This document shows positions 1-8,728 of a stretch of DNA of 42,509 bases, in pieces (position 1 is the first letter of the stretch; each line of letters starts with the position of its first letter). A model generated the notes under the pieces. That model ran no database searches. It worked only from the letters and a program-made list of their open reading frames with translations, and was not told the origin of the DNA. The stretch covers positions 1 through 42,509 of the forward strand of contig JBGSNB010000037.1 of the NCBI GenBank assembly GCA_041739835.1. Direction: 5' to 3'. This stretch comes from Parvularculaceae bacterium (GTDB taxonomy: Bacteria > Pseudomonadota > Alphaproteobacteria > Caulobacterales > Parvularculaceae). Both the position numbers and the translations under genes were made by a program.

Positions 1-1
1 C

Positions 2-931
2 CTTGCGAGTTATGAAGCGCGTTTCCTGGCGGGCCTTGCCAGGCGGGCGGCGAATGCCGCTGCCGATCGCCTGCAATTGCGGCCCGGAATGTGGGCGCTG
101 ATGATTGCGGACGGCGCGCCCGAGACATTCGATCCGCGTCAGGGCCGCCAGATCGCCGGCGTCGGCGACGGGTTTTGCGCGGATCCGTTTATGCTGAAAC
201 GCGACGGCGAAATCTTCCTCTTCTATGAGGCGTATGACTATGGCGCGAAGCGCGGCCATATCAGCGTCGCAAAACATGACGGCAAGGATTTCGCGCCGAT
301 CGGCGTCGCGTTGAAGGCCGATTACCACTTGTCGTTTCCCTTTGTGTTCGCGGTCGGCGACGACATTTTCATGATGCCCGAAACGCATCAAGCGAAGCGC
401 CTCGAAATCTGGCGGGCGACGAATTTTCCAACCGGATGGACGCCGCAGGCGACGGCGCTCAGCGGCGTCGCTTGCGCCGACTCGGCGATCGTTCGCCATC
501 GCGGCGCCTGGTGGCTGTTCACCAATATTTCGGACGACGCCTACAATGATTTCTGCAGCGAACTTCATCTCTTCCGGATGGACGGGCCGTTGCTGGAAAA
601 TCTGACGCCGCATCCGCTCAATCCCGTCGTCGTCGATGCGCGCCGCGCGCGGGGGGCCGGCCGCGTGTTTGAAAGGGACGGACGGCTGTTCCGGATGTCG
701 CAGAACAATGAAGGCGAGGGCTACGGCTTTGGCGTCAACATCATGGAGATCACGCAGCTCGATATGTCCGACTATCAGGAGAAGGTCGTGCGCACGATCC
801 GGCCGACATTCGACCCCGCCCTGATCGGCTGCCATCACATCGACTTCGCCGACGATTTCGTCGTCTTCGACGTCTGCAAGCGGTTTGGCGGAAGGGCGGG
901 CCGGCCGGAAGGCGCGCCGCTGAAGGGCTAG
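2..931 (+). CDS. 5'-partial GINT1-N-like (glucosamine inositolphosphorylceramide transferase N-terminal) beta-propeller protein, glycoside-hydrolase-like
   Basis: Frame is open from base 2, so the true start lies upstream of the window. Motifs ADPF, FYEAY, HLSFPFVF, MMPET, HPLNPV and HHID are recognised from this family. Confidence 0.7.
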   Translation, partial: LASYEARFLAGLARRAANAAADRLQLRPGMWALMIADGAPETFDPRQGRQIAGVGDGFCADPFMLKRDGEIFLFYEAYDYGAKRGHISVAKHDGKDFAPIGVALKADYHLSFPFVFAVGDDIFMMPETHQAKRLEIWRATNFPTGWTPQATALSGVACADSAIVRHRGAWWLFTNISDDAYNDFCSELHLFRMDGPLLENLTPHPLNPVVVDARRARGAGRVFERDGRLFRMSQNNEGEGYGFGVNIMEITQLDMSDYQEKVVRTIRPTFDPALIGCHHIDFADDFVVFDVCKRFGGRAGRPEGAPLKG

Positions 932-955
932 GGCGACGCGCAGACGCCGGATCAG

Positions 956-1726
956 TCATCCAGGCGCGTCCGGCTGCCTTTCGCCGGTGATCGACAGACC
1001 GGAAATCAGCTGATGAAGCCGCACGCCATACCTGCCGTATAGTGCGGCCATGCGGTTGGTGGGCCCGGTAATCGAGACGACCAACTGGCGCATATTGATG
1101 TCGACCCCGAGCGGCGCGGAGACGGCCGATGCGTCCCGGAAAACCGCGCCTTCAGCGACGGCGTATCCGTCGGCGCGCGCCTTGGCGACCATCTGCAGAA
1201 CGCCATCGAGAGACGGCGTTCTTTCATCGATCATCTGGCGCGCTTCGCTCCGCCGATAGAGCGCTCGTATCTGGCTGTTATCGAGGAGCGTCAGATATGC
1301 GGTGCCGACTCCGGTCCCCCAGATCGGAAATTTCTGGCCCTTTTCCGCTGTAAACGAAATCGCCTGCGCGCTGCGTTCGACGCGCACCAATTCTATCAGC
1401 AGATCATTACAGGCGGCGAGCGTGACAGTCTCGCCGGTCTCCTCGCGCAAGGTCGACATCAGTTCGAGGAGTTCGGGCGGATAGATGGAGCCGTTGGCGA
1501 TCCATGCGCCAAGCTCGGCGAATCGCGCCGTCGGGAAATAGCTCGATGTCCGCCGGTCGATGCTGATCATGTCCTCGTCGCACAGCGCCTTCAAAAGCGC
1601 CGCGCAACTCGAGCGCGGCGCGGCAATGATGGCGGCGATTTCACCGGCCGATAGGGGTCGTTTCTCTGCGGCGAAAGCCTCAAAAACCTTGAGCGCGCGG
1701 CCGACGGACTGGCTGATCGAAGACAT
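956..1726 (-). CDS. IclR family transcriptional regulator
   Basis: N-terminal SVGRALKVFEAF HTH; ETGETVTL, TGVG and ARADGYAV/VSAP effector-domain motifs; divergent from the E1 operon. Confidence 0.93.
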   Translation of the reverse strand: MSSISQSVGRALKVFEAFAAEKRPLSAGEIAAIIAAPRSSCAALLKALCDEDMISIDRRTSSYFPTARFAELGAWIANGSIYPPELLELMSTLREETGETVTLAACNDLLIELVRVERSAQAISFTAEKGQKFPIWGTGVGTAYLTLLDNSQIRALYRRSEARQMIDERTPSLDGVLQMVAKARADGYAVAEGAVFRDASAVSAPLGVDINMRQLVVSITGPTNRMAALYGRYGVRLHQLISGLSITGERQPDAPG

Positions 1727-1834
1727 CTACAATAACCATAAATATAGACAATAAGTCAGATATCAAGATTTCCTTGACGATGCAAGCTCGAGCGTGAGAG
1801 GTTACCGGTCGGCAGATCCAGATAGCGAGACGGC

Positions 1835-3865
1835 ATGGCGAAACCTGCAAGTCTGACCCGCGACCAGGCGCTCGCCATATTCACGACGATGACGAGGATC
1901 GCCATCTGCGATCAGCGCATTCAGCAAGGTCTCGCCGCCGGCGACCTTCAATTCCAGTATTATCCGGCCGGCGGCCAGGAAGCGATCCCCGCCTCGATCG
2001 CCAGTCTTCTGAATACGGATGATTATCTGGTCACGACCTATCGCGTCATACACGACATCGTCGCGAAGGGCTCGCCGATGCGCGAGATCCTCGCGGAGAT
2101 GTATGGGAAAGAATCCGGGACGTCCAAAGGCAAGGGCGGCCCGATGCACCTGTCGGATCCGAAGTCCGGATTGATGGTGACGACCGGCATAGTCGGCGCC
2201 GGCGCGCCTATCGCCAACGGCCTTGCGCTCGCGGCGCAGTTGCTGGGGACCGGGCGCGTGACGGTGTGCAGCTTTGGCGACGGCGCCGCCAATATCGGCG
2301 CGGTGCACGAGGCGCTCAATCTTGCTTCGCTGTGGCGGTTGCCGGTCGTCTTCGCGTGCCAGAACAATCTCTATGCGGAATACACTTCCTTCGAGGAGTC
2401 GACGCGATCGGCGATGATCGCCGAACGTGCCGCCGGCTATGCAATGGCAGGCGAGCGCTGCGATGGGTGCGATCCCGAGAGCATCGTCGACGCCGCCCGG
2501 CGCGCCATCGACCGCGCGCGAAGGGGCGACGGGCCGACCCTGCTTGAATGCGTTGCGCCCCGACTTCAGGGGCACGCCTTCGGCTCCGAACTGACGCATA
2601 TGAACCAGGAACGGCTGAAGCGCGACATTGAGAACGCGCCGCTGAAGACGTTCCGAAAGTCGATCCTTGAACGCGGGCTCTCCAGTGAAGCCGACCTCGC
2701 GGCGATCGAGGCGGAGGCTCGGCGCGAAGTCGACGACGCCGAATCATTTGCGAAGGAGGCCCCGGCGCCTGCGCCGTCGGCGCTCTATACCGACATTTTC
2801 GCCGACCCCGCATTGCTTCCCGAAGGGCCGGGCCGCGGAGGCGTCTCCGCGGCCGAGCCGAGGCCGGCGACAATGAAGAAAGGGTCATTCGGCCAGGCGA
2901 TCAACGACGCGCTGGCGACGGCTTTGAAGTCAGATCCGTCGGTGTTTCTGCTTGGGGAAGACATCATGGATCCGGCCGGCGGCATCGTAAAGGCGACGGC
3001 CGGACTTTCGACGGCCTTCGGCGACGAGCGCGTCCGCGGCACGCCGATTTCGGAGCAGGCGATTGTCGGCGCCGCGATCGGGGCGTCGCTGGCCGGCATG
3101 AAGCCGGTCGCCGAGATCATGGTCTGCGATTTTGCGATGGTCTGCATGGACCAGATCGCGAACCACGCCGCGAAGCTTCGCTATATGTCCGGCGGACGCA
3201 CCAGCGTGCCGATCACAATCCGTATGCTGACGGCGGGAAACGTCGGCAGTTTCGGCGCCCAGCATTCCCAGAGCCTTGAAAGCTGGTTTGCGCATATTCC
3301 GGGACTGAAAATCGTCGCGCCGTCCAATGCGTTCGACGCCAAGGGTCTCCTGCTTTCCTGCATCCACGATCCAGATCCGTGCATTTCGATCGAGGCGATG
3401 CGCTGTTTTTTCGCGCCGGGCGAGTTCGGCGAAGGCGATTACCGCGTGCCGATCGGCAAGGCGGCGGTCAGGCAGGCGGGCGCAGACGTTACGCTGATTA
3501 GCTACAGTTGGGGCATGCAGGAGGTTATGGCCGCCGCCGGCGATCTTTCCAAGGCCGGCATTTCCGCCGAAATCATCGACCTTCGTTCGATTGTGCCGCT
3601 CGATCTCAACACGGTGCTGACATCGGTGCGCAAGACCGGCCGCGCCGTTATCGTGCACCCCGCCGTCGAATTTTGCGGTTTCGGCGCGGAGCTCTCTTCC
3701 AAGATCCACGAAGAGCTGTTTGCCGAGCTGAAGGCGCCGGTTGCGCGCGTCGGCGCGCGCTATACGCCGATCCCGTTCAATCAACAGCTTGAAGCGCTGC
3801 ATTTCCCGAATGCGGACCGGGTGAAGGACGCGGTTCGCAAGACGCTCAAGGGCGAGAAGCGCTGA
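1835..3865 (+). CDS. Fused alpha/beta E1 component of a 2-oxoacid/acetoin dehydrogenase-like ThDP enzyme
   Basis: GQEA, GKGGPMH and GDG...QNN ThDP motif in the alpha half; LLGEDI, TPISE, GAQHSQ and IIDLRSIVPLD in the beta half. Confidence 0.93.
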   Translation: MAKPASLTRDQALAIFTTMTRIAICDQRIQQGLAAGDLQFQYYPAGGQEAIPASIASLLNTDDYLVTTYRVIHDIVAKGSPMREILAEMYGKESGTSKGKGGPMHLSDPKSGLMVTTGIVGAGAPIANGLALAAQLLGTGRVTVCSFGDGAANIGAVHEALNLASLWRLPVVFACQNNLYAEYTSFEESTRSAMIAERAAGYAMAGERCDGCDPESIVDAARRAIDRARRGDGPTLLECVAPRLQGHAFGSELTHMNQERLKRDIENAPLKTFRKSILERGLSSEADLAAIEAEARREVDDAESFAKEAPAPAPSALYTDIFADPALLPEGPGRGGVSAAEPRPATMKKGSFGQAINDALATALKSDPSVFLLGEDIMDPAGGIVKATAGLSTAFGDERVRGTPISEQAIVGAAIGASLAGMKPVAEIMVCDFAMVCMDQIANHAAKLRYMSGGRTSVPITIRMLTAGNVGSFGAQHSQSLESWFAHIPGLKIVAPSNAFDAKGLLLSCIHDPDPCISIEAMRCFFAPGEFGEGDYRVPIGKAAVRQAGADVTLISYSWGMQEVMAAAGDLSKAGISAEIIDLRSIVPLDLNTVLTSVRKTGRAVIVHPAVEFCGFGAELSSKIHEELFAELKAPVARVGARYTPIPFNQQLEALHFPNADRVKDAVRKTLKGEKR

Positions 3866-3870
3866 TTGCG

Positions 3871-4107
3871 ATGGCCAAGATGACACTGAAGATTCCCAAA
3901 GGGGCCGTCTCGATGCGCGAAGGGACAATCGTCGCGTGGAAGGTCGCGTCGGGCGCCAAGGTCGGCGTCGGCGACCACCTCTATGACATCGAAACCGAGA
4001 AGACGACGATTGAAGTCGAAAGCCCTTTCGACGGCGTCATCATCATACTCGAAGACGCCGGAAAGACGCTGCCGGTCGGGCATCCGATTGCTGAAATCAT
4101 CACATGA
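3871..4107 (+). CDS. Stand-alone lipoyl-domain carrier protein (78 aa)
   Basis: EGTIVAW...IETEKTTIEVESP lipoyl-lysine hairpin; stop directly after one domain. Confidence 0.9.
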   Translation: MAKMTLKIPKGAVSMREGTIVAWKVASGAKVGVGDHLYDIETEKTTIEVESPFDGVIIILEDAGKTLPVGHPIAEIIT

Positions 4108-4140
4108 CTGCGCGGCGCTCGGCCGCAAGGGAGGGGTAAC

Positions 4141-6369
4141 ATGAGAAAAGGGCTGAAAATGAGGAAACTGATTGCCGGGTTGATGGCGTCCGCCGCCGCC
4201 TTCCCGGCGCTGGCGCAGGAAGCGCCGCGCCAGAGACTGGACGAGATCACCGTGACGGCCGAGCGGCGCGAGGGAACGCTTCAGGACACGCCGATCGCAA
4301 TTTCGGCGCTGACCGGCGATAATCTTGAACGGTCGAGCATTTATGACTCGGAAGCGCTCTCCTATTCGGTGCCGGGACTGAACGTCCAGCGCGACGTTGT
4401 CGGCAAGGCGGTGATCCGCGGCGTCGGTACGGAAAACTTCACAGTGGGCGGCGATCCTGGCGTCGCCGTTTACAATGACGGCGCCTATATGGCGCGCACC
4501 TCGACCGCCATCTTCGATTTCTTCGACGTAGAACGCATCGAAGTGCTGCGCGGGCCGCAGGGCACGCTGTACGGCCGCAACGCGGTTGGCGGCGTCATCA
4601 ACGTCCTGTCGAACGCGCCGTCCGAGGAATTCGAAGTGCGAGGCAATTTCACCTATGGCAATTATGACGCCGTCCGCGCCGAGGGCGCTGTGTCGGGGCC
4701 GATCACGGAGGGCGTCCGCGCACGGATCGCGGGTCTTTATTCGAAGCGCGACGGTTTCACTCAGAATATCTTCCCCGGACTTGAAGCGAGAGGGCTCGAC
4801 GAACTCGACACCAAGGATCTGTGGGCGCTGCGAGGGCGGCTTGATATCGACCTCGCGTCGAATGTGACATTGGAACTGATCGGCGACATTTATCGCGATG
4901 ATTCAAATCCGCCGGCGTTCTGGTACACGGACGCGACTTTGCCGTGGCAATCGCCCTCGAGCGTTTATCCTCGCGACCTGCGCACCGTTTCCCAGGGCTA
5001 TGAAACCGCGACGCCGGGCGTCACCGATCTGGCGGTGGGGCAGGCAAACCGTCAGGACCAGACCGGCGGTACGGCGCGTCTCACCTGGGAAGGAAGCGGC
5101 GTCACTGTCACGTCGACCAGCTCATATCGGGACATCAAGTTCGACTGGGTCAATGACGGCGACGGCCTGTCGGATTTCCTCGTCGTCTATTTCCAGAAGG
5201 ACCGCTCCAACCAGTTTACGCAAGACCTTCAGATCGCGTCTAACGGCGACGGCCCGTTTGAGTGGATCGTCGGCGGCTTTTATCTGACCGAGGATTCGGA
5301 CGGCGTCTATTCCATTCCGCTCGGGCCGGCCTTCGGCAATGCGACGATTGTCTATGACGGGACCAACAAGACGGACGCCTTCGGCGTGTTCGCCGAGGGG
5401 AAATACGCCTTCGGCGACTTCACGCTGACCGCAGGGCTTCGCTATTCCGACGAACAGAAGGACGCCACGCTTGATTTCGCGTTTGCTTCGGCAGCCGCGC
5501 CCGGGCCGCTCGCCAATTCGGTGCTCGTCTCTTATGATCAGCAGGCGGACTTCAACGCGCTGACGCCTCGCTTTGTTCTCGACTATCAGGCGACCGACGA
5601 CACTTTGCTCTATGCGTCGGTGACGCGGGGATTCAAGTCCGGCGGATTTAGCCTGCTCGACAATCCGCTGAATTCCTTCAGCGAGGAGTTCATCTGGTCC
5701 TATGAAATCGGAACCAAATCCAGACTGTTCGAAAATCGCATGGAGCTCAATACTTCCGCTTTCTACTATGACTACACGGATCAGCAGCTCAGCCAGGTGA
5801 CAAGTCTCGCAACCCAAACGACCAATGCAGGCTCATCGACCGTCTGGGGGATTGAAGCGGAGTTCAAGGCGCTGTTGACGGACAATTTCCAGCTCGATGG
5901 GAATATCGCCTATCTCGACACGAAGTTCGACGAGTTCTGCACCAATGACACGCGCGATCTCTCACGGCCGATCGACAACGTGGTCTGTCCCGGGACTCCA
6001 AACCTTGCAGGCAACGAATTGCCGCGGGCGCCTGACATTCAGATCAATCTGGCGGCGATGTACACGCAAGATTTCGGGACGAGCCTTGAGGGCTTTGCGC
6101 GGCTCGAGTGGCAGCACACGGGGGACCAATTCTTCTCGGTGTTCAATCGGCCGACGATCGCCCAGGACTCCTTTGACGTGTTTAACGCGAGCGTCGGCGT
6201 TTCCAGCGACGACGGACGCTGGAGCGTCCGGGGATGGGCGCGCAATCTGTTCGATGAGGAATATTTCTCGAACCTCTTCGAATCCGGAGTCAGCACCACG
6301 GCCGCCGTTCCGCAGGGCTTTGTCGCGCCGCCGCGCACCTACGGCGTCACGCTCGGCTTCAAATATTAG
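4141..6369 (+). CDS. TonB-dependent receptor
   Basis: Signal peptide, EITVTAERR TonB box, IEVLRGPQGTLYGRNAVGG plug motif, C-terminal YGVTLGFKY; GGGAGG RBS (alternative start 4159). Confidence 0.96.
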   Translation: MRKGLKMRKLIAGLMASAAAFPALAQEAPRQRLDEITVTAERREGTLQDTPIAISALTGDNLERSSIYDSEALSYSVPGLNVQRDVVGKAVIRGVGTENFTVGGDPGVAVYNDGAYMARTSTAIFDFFDVERIEVLRGPQGTLYGRNAVGGVINVLSNAPSEEFEVRGNFTYGNYDAVRAEGAVSGPITEGVRARIAGLYSKRDGFTQNIFPGLEARGLDELDTKDLWALRGRLDIDLASNVTLELIGDIYRDDSNPPAFWYTDATLPWQSPSSVYPRDLRTVSQGYETATPGVTDLAVGQANRQDQTGGTARLTWEGSGVTVTSTSSYRDIKFDWVNDGDGLSDFLVVYFQKDRSNQFTQDLQIASNGDGPFEWIVGGFYLTEDSDGVYSIPLGPAFGNATIVYDGTNKTDAFGVFAEGKYAFGDFTLTAGLRYSDEQKDATLDFAFASAAAPGPLANSVLVSYDQQADFNALTPRFVLDYQATDDTLLYASVTRGFKSGGFSLLDNPLNSFSEEFIWSYEIGTKSRLFENRMELNTSAFYYDYTDQQLSQVTSLATQTTNAGSSTVWGIEAEFKALLTDNFQLDGNIAYLDTKFDEFCTNDTRDLSRPIDNVVCPGTPNLAGNELPRAPDIQINLAAMYTQDFGTSLEGFARLEWQHTGDQFFSVFNRPTIAQDSFDVFNASVGVSSDDGRWSVRGWARNLFDEEYFSNLFESGVSTTAAVPQGFVAPPRTYGVTLGFKY

Positions 6370-6388
6370 GGGCTGGGGAAAATTCGAC

Positions 6389-7204
6389 ATGGCGATTGCG
6401 CAGCTCAAGGACGGGACGCCGATTTACTACAAGGAGGCGGGTCGCGGTCCGGCCCTTGTGCTGCTGCAGGGATTGATGCTGACCGTCGATGGGTTTTGGC
6501 AGAAGAATTTCGACGCGCTGGCGGGGGACTGCCGCGTGATTGCGATCGATCACCGAAGCCATGGCCAGTCAGGCAAGCCGCTTGGCGGACATACGATCAG
6601 GAGATGCGCGGAAGATTTGAAGGAGTTCCTGGACGCGCTCGACATCAAGGACGCGACGCTCGCGGGCGTCGCGTTCGGCGCCATGGTTATCCTTGAATAC
6701 AGACGCCATTTTGGAAATCATCGGCACGCGCGGCTTGCCATCATTGAAGCGCAAGTTCGTCTGACAAATGCGCCAGGTTGGGAGCATCCGACTTTCGGCG
6801 ATTTTCCGCCCGAGGCAGGCGCCGGGTTTGTCGGCGCCTGCCGACAGAGCCGGGAGCCGTTAACGGGGTTCCTCGGCGGCGCCTTCGGAACGTCGCCTTC
6901 CGCGGCGGAAATGGCGCGAATGCAGCACCAGGCTTGGCTGACGCCGACCGCGGCGGCGATCGAATATGTCGAGGACATGATCGCCGCGGATTATCGCGCC
7001 GACCTTGCCACAATCGACCTGCCGACTCTTTTGATATACGGCCGAAGGAACAATGTTCCGATTCCAAGCGAGATCGGCGCCTGGATGAAAACGCAGATCA
7101 AAGGGGCACGGCTGGAGCGATTCGAAGATAGCGGCCATTCGCCGTTCTATGAGTCTCCCGCGCGGTTCAATAAAACTCTCGCCGACTTCGCGACAGGGCG
7201 GTGA
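6389..7204 (+). CDS. Alpha/beta-hydrolase fold protein (non-heme haloperoxidase-like scaffold) lacking the nucleophile Ser
   Basis: ATG at 6389 after the receptor stop; RVIAIDHRSHGQS, PTLLIYG and SGHSPFYE motifs; elbow reads GVAFG. Confidence 0.88.
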   Translation: MAIAQLKDGTPIYYKEAGRGPALVLLQGLMLTVDGFWQKNFDALAGDCRVIAIDHRSHGQSGKPLGGHTIRRCAEDLKEFLDALDIKDATLAGVAFGAMVILEYRRHFGNHRHARLAIIEAQVRLTNAPGWEHPTFGDFPPEAGAGFVGACRQSREPLTGFLGGAFGTSPSAAEMARMQHQAWLTPTAAAIEYVEDMIAADYRADLATIDLPTLLIYGRRNNVPIPSEIGAWMKTQIKGARLERFEDSGHSPFYESPARFNKTLADFATGR

Positions 7205-7857
7205 TGGCGGACCCGACTTTTCTCATCATTCGCACGAAAGCGCCGGCGGTTCGGTTTCAGCGCTTCTGCAAGGCGAATGAAGCCTGCGGCGGCATTCTCA
7301 CGGCGGCGGCGCGCCTCGACGAGGTCGCAGCGCTGGAGCCCGGCTCGCTGCCGCTGCACATATGGATCGCGCGATTTCCGTCGATGGATGAGGCACGGCG
7401 GGCATTCGCGAACCGAATCGATGCGTCCGAACTCGCCCAGCCGGAGCCGCCCCTCGTCCTCGCGGCGCGCGCTGTTCCGGATGACGGATTCCCGCCGGCG
7501 ATGGACTTCGTGCCGACGCGCAAGAATACGGATCCGGGCGCGGCGCAGCCGCCGACCTTGCTTCTGATCGAGGGATCGGCGCGCGATCAGGAACGGATGG
7601 ATAAGTATCGCGACATCATTCTGCCGATGATGAAGGCGCGCCGGGGCTACTACGCCGCGTTCGAACTTGGCGGCAATGTCGAGGTCCTGAGCGGCGACTG
7701 GAGCGAGGCGATTTTCGCCATCAGCCGATGGCCGACCCGGCAGGCGGCGCTCGATTTCTGGCATGCGCAGACTTATCAGGAAACAGCGATCCCGTTGAGG
7801 CTCGATATCGGCCGGTTTTCCGTTCTGATGATGACGGGGGAGCCCGACAATGCGTGA
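7204..7857 (+). CDS. DUF1330-family protein, apparently two tandem domains
   Basis: TGATG coupling to the upstream gene; C-terminal VEVLSGDW...RWPTRQAALDFWHAQTYQ and N-terminal ALEPG...IARFPSMDEARRAF both resemble DUF1330. Confidence 0.75.
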   Translation: MADPTFLIIRTKAPAVRFQRFCKANEACGGILTAAARLDEVAALEPGSLPLHIWIARFPSMDEARRAFANRIDASELAQPEPPLVLAARAVPDDGFPPAMDFVPTRKNTDPGAAQPPTLLLIEGSARDQERMDKYRDIILPMMKARRGYYAAFELGGNVEVLSGDWSEAIFAISRWPTRQAALDFWHAQTYQETAIPLRLDIGRFSVLMMTGEPDNA

Positions 7858-8728
7858 GACACGGGCGATTGATATCGTCTGCAATCCGTTCACTGCGCAG
7901 GAAATCGAAAAGCGCCAGACCGGTTTCGACGAGAAGTTCATGGATCAGGTGCGCATGCCTGACGATATGCGGCGCGGCGTGTCGATCGACCGTTACGCCG
8001 CGATCATGAACGAGGCCGGCGTCGATCATTCGCTCCTGATCGCCGTGCGCGCAGGCGATCGTCGGATGGCTGGTTCCATTTCGATCCCCTATGAGCAGGT
8101 CGCGGCCTATTGTTCCGCGGCGCCTTCGCGGTTTTCAGGCCTTGCCGGCGTCGATCCGTCCATGGGTATGCAGCAGCTGCGCGACCTTGAATATGCCGTG
8201 AAGGGACTGGGCTTTGTCGGCGCGCACTCTTATCCGCACTGGTTCCGGTTGCCGCCCGACGCGGCGCAATGGTACCCGATATACGCGAAATGTTGCGAGC
8301 TCGACATCCCGATCATGATGCAGGTCGGGCAGAATCTTATTTATCAAAAAGACATCCGCCTGCCGTCGGTCTCACGACCGATCCTTCTCGATCAGGTGGC
8401 GATTGATTTCCCTGAGCTCAAGATCATCGGCATCCATGTCGGCACGCCGTGGGCGGACGAAATGATCGCCATGGCGTGGAAGCACGAAAATGTCTTTATC
8501 GGCGTCGACGCCTATGCGCCGCGCCATTTGCCGGCCTCGCTTGTGCGGTACATGGACAGCTATGGCAGCGAGAAGGTTTTGTTCGGAACCGATTGGCCGG
8601 TGATCGATCCGCGGCGGGGGGTTGAGGAAATGAAATCGCACAATCTTCGCCCGCAATCTTATGATCGCGTCATGCGGCTGAACGCACTCCGCGTTTTTCC
8701 AAAGCTGGAGTTGCGTCTTGCAGCGTGA
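7850..8728 (+). CDS. Amidohydrolase_2 family protein
   Basis: RFSGLAGVDP, YPIYAKCCELDIP, FPELKIIGIHVGTPW and KVLFGTDWP motifs. Confidence 0.9.
   Translation: MRETRAIDIVCNPFTAQEIEKRQTGFDEKFMDQVRMPDDMRRGVSIDRYAAIMNEAGVDHSLLIAVRAGDRRMAGSISIPYEQVAAYCSAAPSRFSGLAGVDPSMGMQQLRDLEYAVKGLGFVGAHSYPHWFRLPPDAAQWYPIYAKCCELDIPIMMQVGQNLIYQKDIRLPSVSRPILLDQVAIDFPELKIIGIHVGTPWADEMIAMAWKHENVFIGVDAYAPRHLPASLVRYMDSYGSEKVLFGTDWPVIDPRRGVEEMKSHNLRPQSYDRVMRLNALRVFPKLELRLAA

Noticed and set aside
1835-4107. Housekeeping pyruvate or branched-chain dehydrogenase operon
   Set aside because: No E2 catalytic domain or E3, divergent pocket motifs, and accessory catabolic context.
5897-6388. 435-aa version of the hydrolase ORF
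   Set aside because: The extension overlaps the receptor gene out of frame and is low-complexity Arg/Ser-rich; ATG 6389 fits the fold.
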